Below, one piece after another: positions 39,901 to 51,900 of a DNA stretch of 64,000 bases; position 1 is the first letter of the stretch; each line of letters begins with the position of its first letter. Source of the DNA: Botryllus schlosseri (Eukaryota); the NCBI GenBank assembly GCA_051294905.1, contig CM119372.1, forward strand, positions 29,328,001 through 29,392,000, read 5' to 3'. The translations under genes were made by a program, and so were the position numbers. The notes beneath the pieces are model-generated. The model had not been told where the DNA came from and did not search any database. It saw only the letters and a program-made list of their open reading frames with translations.

Positions 39901-42900
39901 GGAACTAACAATCCAATCACACAGTGGATTCAGTGTGTTGATGATTAAGTTTCGCGACGTTAGTGAACAGCGAACGGCCCCAATGTATACAATGGTTTCA
40001 CGATCTGCCAAGGCCGTAACTGCCGTGCCCAAAACCCTCAATTGAGGGGAGATCGAAGGGGCCCAAAATTATTTCGTTGGTCTTTTGTCGGAAAATATTT
40101 AGTCAACATTAAAAATTTTGTCGCGCTTCTCGCGATTTCATGTCACTAGTGGTATAGATTTATATGACTAGTAAGAGAAAAGGTACGTATTTTGAAGAAA
40201 TAGATTTATTGGCGCAGGCGATTATCAACGCATCAAACAGAACTATTATATGAGGCGGGCCTTAGAACAATTTCAAACCGGGAAATGGGCCACGGCCAGA
40301 AAGGGGTTGAAAACCACTGAACTGAACTCGTAGCTTCATATGTTTTGTTTTCTTTTATGTCCACTATCTATCTTATATGAAACCGTAGAACTCACACTTT
40401 GGTGGCGAGATAGCGCCAGAGGTGGTCTGTAACGAAGCACTTCTACTTATTTGAAGTACTCAAGTAGTTTTCCTCTACTGCTGGTACTTACTCGAATAGA
40501 TTTCATTTTCGCTATATTCACTTCTACTTCGTAATATTCTGTGATCTACTTACTTACTTTTCGATATTTTCAGTTTGTCAAGTAGAAGTAGTTTAATCTT
40601 ACAATTAGGAGGATAGCCTGAGGAATTTCGAGACTGTTTTTCTGGAGTATTCAACTGTCATAGAAGTGGAGTAAAGCCCAGAATTTTCGTCGTGCTTCGC
40701 GCTCAGTTGATACAGAGTAACCATTATGATTTCACGAAAGTATAAAATATATAATTTATATATTATAAGTAGTGGGTTGGCGTGGTTCCTTTCACACTTC
40801 ATTATCGCCCACGCTCACATGGAATATTTAATGACAGTATATATGGCTCATCATAACGTTTGTAACTCATGTTTCGAAATCTAGCATTAATTTATCATAT
40901 CGTAATTCAGCAGTCTATAGCGTGTCCTAATCTGGAAAAGTAGACTCTGACTTTTTTTAGTTTTAGAGTTTTTAATCATACCACCTCAACACCTTCGAAA
41001 CATTCTTCTAGACTTAAGACACGAAATGCATATAACGTTTTTAGAAGTAGTATATATATTTCACTTTCAATTCTCAGTATCATTGACTTCGGGTTCTAAT
41101 TAATATCAGTTCTTTTGTCTGGAGAACATACATGTTGAAGTATAAAAGCAAGTGTAGTAATGCCTTTATTTCCGAAAATAAAGTTAAATATGACATTTTT
41201 ACGATCCACGATCCACGATCCACGATCCACCATCCACACATCCACGTAAGCGGTGTCTTACAAAAAGCCTCAAAGTTGGCCGCGCTACAAGTCGGCAGAT
41301 ACCGATACAAAAATCAAAAAATCGGCCTGGGGTTAAATGACCATTGTAGTCGACAAACACCATGAATACCCCAAACAAACACACTTTATGTTGCAAATTA
41401 TCATACCTACATGTAAAAAGTAGTTAGATCTATCATAATTCACAATAATATCTACCAAATCCAATAGCCATGGCGAGATATAAAAATTATTGAACTGATC
41501 GTGTTGATTTGTTCTACTATTGCGAATTAATGAAAGTGGTTACTTTTCGGGCTGCTACCACCTCTACTGCTTTACGTTCATATTTCACGCTCTAGGATTG
41601 TTGAGTATGAAATATAACTTATTGCGTCATTTCCAGCAAATCGTTTCGTATCGGGCGAATATTATTCACCTTGAAAGCAAATGAAGGGTTGCTCACGCCC
41701 GCAGTCAATATCATTCCACGTGTTGAATGGCCACTCTAAGGCAGCGCAATCTTCCTTTCTATGGTTATCCGGCTGACTCGGTCCCCTGCAAATTAGAACA
41801 TCGCTAACATCATTTTGTTGATATGTAGTAGTCATTTTGAGGGATCTGAGAATATGGATAAAGATGTACTTAAAATGAGATACTTGCGACGCCACACTTG
41901 GATGGAATAGGACCCTCGTAGGGAAAACAATACGTATTACCACGCAGCGTACTGGTAGGTTATACAGCTGCAACACCTATGTGTAGCTTTTTCGACTTCG
42001 GCCGCGTTCGACTCCAGAACTTTTCGCTCAATGTTGGAGGTGTGAATGAACATAAATAGCAAAAACAACCACTTCAAAATGGTACTTCTAGAAGCTACAA
42101 CATGTTTCACTACCGGCGCATGCCGTCAGAATGTTTTACCAGCTTGCACCCAACGAGTTTGGAAATCCTCGCTTTTCGTTTTCACTGTTCGTTTGGTTTT
42201 GATTACCAAACTCCCAAGCAGGGTTGTAATGACTCGAGTCATGACTCGACTCGAGTCCGACTCGACTCACGTTTTTCAGATGAGTCGACTTGACTCGAGT
42301 CATTTTCTCAAATTACAGAAATGACTCGAATCGACTCGAGTCAATTTGTGTATTGACTCGACTTGGACTCGAGTCATTGCGCATGACTCGAACCAAGTCA
42401 TATGACTCGAGACTCAGAAGACCAAGACCGACGTTTCATTGTAATTTCGAGGAATAGTAAAGCAATGACACTATTGGGATTTCGTCTATTGGTGTTGGTA
42501 CTTGAAAATGCGCCCAGAAACTGCTAAAATGACGGAAATTAGTATATTATAAATGCGAACCATTCGATATCACTTAACAGAGTTACAAAAAGTGGATTTA
42601 ACAAGCCTTTAACTGGAAACTCGGCAGTCAACACAATGACTTTGACTCGACTCGAGTCATAATACCATGACTCGGACTCGACCCTCAGCTCGGTGACTTG
42701 AACTCGGACTTGACTCGGTGGTGGTGGTGAATTGAAAATGACTCGACTTGACTCGAGTCAAAACTATAAAACTGACATTGACTTGTGACTCCGAGCATTG
42801 TGACTTGGTTACAACCCTGCTCCCAAGTAAGACTGCAGATGTTACTACGACATAGACTCTGGTATTTTAGAGTCCTTTTTCGCCGGACAATCGAGACATC

Positions 42901-45900
42901 AACATAATTCACTTCACACCAGTGACGTGAAATCATATAAAATGGTGTAGCTAGATTCCCCTCATAGCCTATATATAGTAACTGGTATGGCAGATTTGTG
43001 GCAAGAAATGAGAACTACTTTATTTGCACAGAAATTCTGAAAATATGACGAATCCACGTTTTTGTTTACAATATAGATTCGGAGCAAATTCCTACAATGC
43101 CATATACAATATTCAACGCTTGCCTTGATCTATTATTTATAATACTCAGCCAGTAAAGTAATCCTCAAGTCATGAGCCGAGACTCTAGAGTCGTAGTTGG
43201 ACAGATTTTTACCATCAGACTGCCACGAGAGCCGCTGTAAGGCCTATCTTCAAGGATTTGGCAGTACCTGTACTCACCAATTTGTATATCCGGAAACTGG
43301 AGTGCCATCATTCCAGAGCCACCTGCCTTCATTGTCGAGATCATTCATGCCGATTATTGGGCTCCAATAATAAGCACTGAAATTTAAAAAGACTTTCAGG
43401 GTATTGATGATGCAGAAAAAAAAAAATTTTAATAGAGGATTCATTTATCCTGGCAATCATGGGCGGTAAGGGGGCTTGTGATCAAAGGGCTTGATAAATC
43501 CTTATTTAGAAAGCAACATGGAGCGGCATCCTATGATTTAAAATATCTCTATGCTTATTAGCACTGTTTCCTCTAAGCTGCGCGCGTGCGCGGCAGCGCG
43601 CAGAAAAATATGTGCTATCCCCGAAAAAGCCGAAGTGATGACCTTTTTTATAGTCGTTACGCAATGCTGTCTAAGAGATCGCGCAGTGAGATGGTGAGTG
43701 CGCGCAGTGTCATGAAAATTTAGAGGGGACATTGCTTATTAGTTGGGGTTTTTTGAGTCGTCACACCTAAGTGCTGGCCCGAAACTAAAATTAGCTTCTT
43801 TTACTATGAGCTGTTTATTGCCAACGAGTTGAAGGTAAAGGTGTCATGATAGACTCAATAAGAGTACTTTCAAACTTCTGATACAAAAATTTCAGTGTGC
43901 TAAAGGTCGTTTAGTCAGGATCCGACTATTCCTCGTTTTGGCACGCTATAACATACTTTTCATTGCATGCCCAATTCGATCTCGCCTTCCGTGACATGCC
44001 ACCTCATTTTTGTCGCGTGCTTTTTTAAATTAATTTCTTTTCTTTCAGTGTGCTGTGCATGTCTCCTCTTTACATTGCCTAGGCCAGTTGTTCTCAAAGT
44101 GACGGGCGCTACCGCGTGAAAGCATCTGAAGAGGGCGCGAAGATGCGTTCAACTGAAAAAATTCGCGCTTTACGTGATTTACCCCCGACTCGTAGTTATT
44201 GCTCTGTGTATAATCATAATTTCAGAGTTAAGAATTGTCTCATTCACATTCATAACCATCCATGCAATCAAACTACCCGTTGGGATTGCTAGCATTCTGG
44301 CTGCATTTTCTGAAATGACGATAAGGGAGCGCGAACGTTTTCACTATCATAAAGGGGAGCGTGTCTAAAAAAGTTTGATAACCACTGTCCTAGGCCAAGG
44401 TGGTTGTCTGATTTCAAGGACTAGTCGTTTCGAGACCCTTCTATCTTTTCATTGTATCGCCATTTTTGCGGTGTATTGAACTGATGAAAATTGCTAATAA
44501 CAAACCAAATACCGATATCGAAACGCCCCAGTCCAGTCTATCCAGGGGTGTACTGGTCCACTGGCCTAGGCCAAGGTGGTTGTCTGATTTCAAAGACTAC
44601 TCCTAGTCGTTTCGAGACCCTTCTATCTATTCGTTGTATTGCCATTTTTGTGGTGTATTGAACTGATGAACATTGCTAATAACAAACCAAACAATAATAT
44701 CGAAACGCCCCAGTCCAGTCTATCCAGGGGTGTACTGGTCCGCCCTCAAGATTAACGGTCCACGGCCTGACCTTTCGATCTCGCCTACCTCGACATGTCA
44801 CCTCACTCTGCCGCTTGCTTTTTATTTTATTTTTCTTTCACTGAATGCCTCCTCTCCATCGTCTATGCCACTGGTCGGAAACCTATGGCTCGCGAGCCAT
44901 ATATGACTCTTATGGGTATAAGATTTATTTGTCAAATATTTATTTTTATACTGAATTGATCAATATTGCTGCGACTTGTTAGTAAATTTTCATCACGGCT
45001 AGAATAATTACTACCGCGGCAACATGTATATGAGATCGGACCCCCTCTTTTTGAAATCCTTAAATTTAAGTTACTGTTGCGCCGGCGGCGAATATCACTA
45101 ACGAATTTGATTCGAAATCTTTGATTGCGCGATACGTTAGTTCAGTGGTTCTCAACCTTTTTGACCTCGCGGCACCCTGTGGACATGAAAAATAGTTCGC
45201 GGCACACCAGCACAGCAGTTGTGAGATTTTTTGGGCTACAGCACCTGAAAACCACCTGAATACTTAGCAGGAAGTGGGTGCTGCTGACTAATGTGAGCAC
45301 CACTGCAGTCAATCGTAAATTTTTATGTATTAACCCATATCAGCACAGGGATTTTAGGTAACTTAATCGGCGCACACGTTGACAAATTGTCAACCTGGCA
45401 TTTTCTCTTGTTTCTCAATGCAAAGACGCTAGTCTCGTAGTGAATTTGTTATTTTAAAGGATTTTATATTGATAAAACCTTAAGAAACGATCATTGATAC
45501 TAATTTGGAGGAATGTTTTCTTCCACTTACGGATGATGATGATTCCGGAACATCTAATTGACGCACCTACGGGGCTCGTTCACTTTCGGACCAAACTCAG
45601 TACAGCCTTACGGAGCAAAAGGGTTTTTGGTCCGAAAATGAACGAGCCCCGTCCTGGTCCGGGTTCGTTATATTCCGATTTTAGAATTAGGCTGCGTGAT
45701 TCGAAAAATGCCACTTTTGAAATGTTAGTCAACATATTAGCTCTCAGATAAAATGCAAAGACACCTCAAATATGTGACTGGCAGTAGTGAACTTGAAGAG
45801 TTCTTTCCGAACTACATTCAGTGTAGTAGAATTTATTAACTCAAAAACTCTTCGTGTGCCCGTTATCAAGAGTTCGCGGCACAATTAGAAGCAGAACGAG

Positions 45901-48900
45901 TTTCTATGTAATCTTAAAATACCGTTAATTGTCTGTGTAATGTGTATTGTATTGTACGATTTGATTCTCTCTTGTCACGACTACTGGAGTACCGGTACAG
46001 CTAACTTTGTCTAGAGTTCCTTTTATTATTGCATTGTTACGTCATAATTAGCCAATTTGGTTTTCTGTAGATTTCTCATTGTGTGGTTACCTCCTGATAA
46101 GGGGTACACGAAAAGCCTTCGAGGTAATATACTCTACTGCAATTACTGTAGTTCTGAAAGCAATATTGAACAGTTCTACCGGAAACAAAACAATTTATTT
46201 AATTTCATTACTAACAAAAGTCAGTGCGAAATTTGCGCTCGACTTCTAGCGCATATCCAGTCAATGTCTCGATCACAGGATGCACATGCACATATGATAA
46301 TGCTATTATCACCCTCATCTCTTCTTCAATAGCAAGTAACCTCCCTATTTATTTGGGCTTTTATGTTGACCAGAATGGAAATCCAGTCTCGCGTGGAAAA
46401 TTGAAGTACAATCACAATTGCCTTTTCTCCAATGCAATGATATTCCTTCCGGATTTTCATTCAAAATTCGTCGACAGCCATCTCATTGTACCATAACTTC
46501 AAGCTTCCGTCAGTACGGATGTAAATCAGCTCTATACCTCCTCTTTGAGATTTAAAGTAAAATGGGTTCTTGTGGCAAAAATGGGTTTCTTACCCATCCA
46601 TAGTTTTCGGTGACTAGTGTTGGAAAATAAGCGTATATTTTTGCATGCAAACAATTGAGATGCCGAACAAATTATTGCACGATTTCCCTGTTATTCGTTT
46701 CGGAGAAATGGGAGAACATGGTACAAATTCCTGCTGCTGCTTGTACTGACCACATTTTGAATTTCTTTCAATTCTCTAATTTTGCAACAGTTTTCATTCT
46801 TGCTTGCGTACTGGAATTTGTCTTATTTAGGTGGTTAGAGATAGGCCTATCTACCAATCATGCTAATATCTCTGAACATGTCACAAATACGTCTACGAAT
46901 GGTATCATTTGACATGGGAATGGTTTTTAATTCAGCTGCAACTTTGGTCACAAACATCTTATTGACAATTCCAGTGCAAGACGAAAAAATACCTTTCTCT
47001 GCTTCCACGCGAGGCTTTGAGAATTGTACAAACTTCACATCAAGCTCGATTTAGATTATTTATTGATCGTTTTCTATATACTAGAATTATTTAGCTCATA
47101 ATTTGAAAGTTTCGAAGAAATCGCTCGCGGCACACTTGAGAGACGTAAATGGCACACTAGTGTGCCGCGGCACACCGGTTGAGAACCACTGCGTTAGTTG
47201 ATCAAAGATAGTAGCAGTGTTGGGATGACTCGAGTCACCTTGTTCGTATAACTTGACTTGACTCGAGTAACTTTGATAAACTAACTTGACTTGACTTGAC
47301 TCGGCGTATCCAAAATGTGGATTGACTCGCGACTCAGAGCAAAATTCTCGAGTCAATTTCAAGTCATCAGGTAATCGGTGTCGATAAAAATCGCTGTATC
47401 TTGCATATGGTCGGATTGCCCGCGAAACGCTGGAATAACCCGTGAGAGCGACTAATCATTCAATGATCGTGCGTTTCAGTGAGCCTCCAATGTTATGTCA
47501 CAAACAAATTGACCACAAACGCAGAGATCGATGCTTATAGCTAGTATAGTAAAGTAATTTTATAGCAAAATGTCTACTTCTGTTCTCTGTCCTTACCTTA
47601 ACCCAACCTCTTGTTTTACTGAAATTGAATTCGAATATAGTTTATATAGTCATCAACCATCGGCACAGGCTCTAATTGTATCATATTATATCATATCAAT
47701 TTGTAAAATGTTATGTATTGCATCATATCAATTCGTTTCTCAATTCTCTATTTTGGCTGGTACCTATAAACTTAGCCTATGCAATAACTTACGTAGTTTA
47801 GCAGTTCTACGTATATGTGAGCGTGCATATTTAACTCTATATTCGTTCATTGGTTCAGAATCAATGACCAATCAATCAGTATTATATCAATCAGGTAGCA
47901 AAATGCAATGACGTAATCATGCCTCATAACTCGAGAGGGCAACTTGACTTGAATTGTGACTTGACTCGTGACTTGACTTGACTCGAGTCACCTCCAAAAA
48001 TCGGGTGATTTGACTTGAGTCGAGTAACCTTCGAAAATCCATTGACTTGAGTTGACTCGAGTCAAAATGTGCAGTGACACGAAATGACTCGTGACTCTAA
48101 GGTAGTGACTTGATCCCAATACTGGGAGAGTAGTGGACATAACGACGGCAATATGATAACGCAGGTATCAAATACACATCGTATTCCTGATCTTCGCCAT
48201 GAAATCAACTGCTGTGGACGTGACTTTCAGAATTACAAACTCGAAATCTAAACAACGCCTTATCCACGTTCTTGATTAGTAAGGGTAGTTGTGTAGTACC
48301 GGCGATAAAACTCATGTTAACTCATGTTACATGATACCGCCGAATACTTTGAGAATAGAGAAGTCGATCAGTATTTACATTTTCGGAATCAGTGCGGCAG
48401 TTACATCGAATTAATATCAGTTATAATAAATTCTAAGATATTTACGATGAATTGCGTTATCAATGGTGAGGCTTGGCTGTGCCTTACCTGTGGTTTCACG
48501 CTTTATTTAGGAAAAATAAATATGCAAATTGCGTGCATTTGGGAGAAAAATGTTCAAAATCTAGTTTTTCATGAACATCAATAAAAAATACCAATGGTAA
48601 ATATTGCTTTCACAATTTTCGTTCACTCATCCTGACGACAGGTGAGGCACTGCCTCACTTGACTCACCTGACTTCACGTCACTGATGTATCAAAATTAAA
48701 GTGAGTATGCCTATACTGCTGTAGTGACCATGTTTGGCTTCACCTAAGCATGTGATCATGGGTTCTCGCATTTAAAAGGACCATCACGACGAACCTACGT
48801 TCTCGTATACCTCAAGTTTCGCATGCTCAAATAAGGCAACCAGCATAATTAGTAGGCTTACGAGTTTTTACGGAGGAAATGTGGCGCACACGATGAATCC

Positions 48901-51900
48901 CGTGTAAGTGAGTTCGAATGAGTGCTACCATGACGTTAGGAATTTCTAACTGTGACGTAACAGCTGATTGGTGTGTATGGTTCTTTGATAGTTAAAATGA
49001 AAAAAAAAAACGGCCAATATGACTCTTCGGTGAAAAAGGGTTCCCGAACCCGGCCTAGCCCAAGGTGAATGTCTGATCTCAAAGACTACTCCAAGTCGTT
49101 TCGTCACCTTCCTATCTTTTCATTGTTTCGCAATTTTGTTGTGTAGGCTATTGAACTGAATAAAATTGCTAATAAACCGATCCGACATAGATGAAATCAA
49201 ATGTAATATTAAAATGGAAAATCATTTCATTTCCAGGACTAAACACAATCGGTTGCTGTCTTGTTAGCTAGCCGAAATACAAATAAACATGTACGCGAGT
49301 AAGCCGAGTATGCTGAATTCGTTTTGAACGAAATTTTCTCGTTTTCATGAAAGTTGTCATGATGAAGATCAAATATCCGAAGCGTATTTTCATGTGATAA
49401 CTTCCCATGTGTTGTTCGAGGCGCCACATTATATCATAAATCATAGTATCCTACAGTGGCGTGGGCTCAACCAAATCGTATTAGGTCACTGATATTGGAT
49501 GCGTCATTCTCTCAATTTGACGAAGGGAAATTTTCATCATTACTTCGTTTAGCTTGCAGAGAAAAAAATTTGATAGAAATAAGTATTATTACATTTTGCT
49601 ATATATCCTGTTATAGGCCCCGTTACTCTCCAAATTGAGCCTCGGATTTTGCAATTAGACAACGTTAGCAGTGATACGCAATAATGCCATCTTGAATAAT
49701 GATGTCGCCACTCAGGAGCAAGTGAGCACCGGTGCAGCTAGTGTAAAAGTGAGAGTGCTCAATCGCCGACGCAGTAATGGGCAATACGCTTGGGTTTTGC
49801 GCCGCAGCTCATCAACTCCTGATCTCCGGCATCGTTATTCAAGATGCCAAATTTCGTCACAATGAAAAATTCGAGACTGATTTTGGGGGTGATCAAGGGC
49901 CTCTAACAGAATAAATTTTATTTGCTGTAATCAGTATGGCGGTAGTTTTCGATTGATATGAATTTCATCAAATTTTGATATTCGCAAACCAAAGTAAATA
50001 GTGTCGTAAATTGCCCTTGGTCAAATGAAGAGAGTGACACTGATTTCCTTGTGTCCACACCACTGTGGGGTACTATGGTAGGACAATATGATCATAATAT
50101 TTCAGCGTGAATAAATTTCAATTGCACATGATAATATTTAACACGCATGCTTTTAAATAGGGCTGGGCAAAATCGAGTACCTGAGGGATTCGATTCTGAA
50201 TCACGTAATATGCTTCGAGTCGAGTCGAGTAATCGTGTATAGCTCATTATGGCGTCATAATAGAAAGTAATACGTCAAAGCTCAAATATATACCGTTTAT
50301 GCCACCACAAAGAATATAATGCCTGTTATTCATTTCATAAATGATCTTTTGGTATTTTTTGGACCATGTCAATTTCATTCCACCTGGTGACAACTGTGGG
50401 ATAATCATGAATTCGGAAATATGCTACGTCCAGTAACCTTTGTGGCGTACTGCATGTTTCGTATGCTACGATACCGCCAATCAAGGTTTTAAGTCTTCAA
50501 CAGTGAAATAAGCAACGAAACTATAATTCTCGTTGATAAATCAACTTTCAGTGGCGAGAAGCGTACAATTTCAGTACTCGAAAAAATCGTATTTTACTAC
50601 TCGACTCGAATCAATATAATTAATACTCGATTCAGATTCGAGTACGCGAATCATTGTACCCAGCCTTACTTTTAAAACAATAAAATTTGATTAAAGGGAT
50701 AGAAATGATTACCAACCTCTGGTCTCGTTTATTGACACAATGAACTTTAAATGACGTCAATGGCTTGATTCGGTTTGTCATCAAATTTGAAATACAATAT
50801 TCACTGTAATCCTAGGCTAATTGATGACGAGTGGTAGGCATTAATTTCGTGTTTATTTCAATGTGAATATAATATTTAATTGAATATAATATATAACAGG
50901 GGTCGGTAACGTATGACTCGCGAGCCATTTACGGCTCTTTTGATGATTTATATATGGTTCTCCTATTTTCAATTCGACACTTTATTCACATCGTATTTCT
51001 GCAACCTATTTGCCAATTTCCATGACGGTGAGAATAATTACTCTGATGGCAGCTGTTGTTTTAATGTATTCATGGCAGCCGAAACGAGTGTATGTGACAT
51101 GAAGACAGTTTCATATCCGGGATTTTAGCGGCTTGGAATACGCCTTTCAAAATCCTAAATTTTATGTTAGATGTTGCCTGATGATGATTGTTCATTTAAA
51201 TCAGTCCAATATAACAGTTTATTTCTATAATTGGGCAACACGGTCATTTACGGTTCCGCACCGGACACGTCTCATTCTTTGGATTCGATGCGGGGTTTGT
51301 GTAATTGCAAATACAAAGTTGCGGTCGAATCGACAACCAATATATCGCGCGCGAAATCGCCGTAGCTGACATCGCACGCATTGATATACTGGATTGCACG
51401 ATGCTTTGATTGATCGGAAAGAAAGACGAGGCGACGCTCGTATGGCAATGCGGTTTTCAAATCCACATTGTCTACCTGATCATCGGCGAGAAATGAACTC
51501 TCTTGGAAGTGACATTACATAAAAAACGTTCCCGACTCCTGATGCATTGTATAATTATCAGTTGCTTTTTCGATATTCCGATTTAACTCGCTATGAACTC
51601 GCTGCCAACGATGATCCGTGTACATGAATCGGAAGCGAATATTAATTGTAAAGATTCGAGACGAACAGCAAGAGACAGCTTTTCCGGTATGTAAATTATA
51701 CGATCCTTTTCTCAAGGAACTATATTTTTCCCAGCGACTAATCTCGATTCGAAATTGCTCGTGGGTACTGTGCTACTCAGTATCCAGCCGTCAAAGTATG
51801 AATTACTAACGGGATCATCGTTACGAATTTCGAGCTATTTGAGTTGTGAAATGAAAGTGGATTTCTGAAAATGGGCTATGCTACATGTAGCGATTGCACC

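Noticed and set aside
40417..41566. Complete hAT element with CAGAGGTGG / CCACCTCTA ends
   Set aside because: Ends and AGTA repeats are suggestive, but no matching TSD was found, so the boundaries are unsupported
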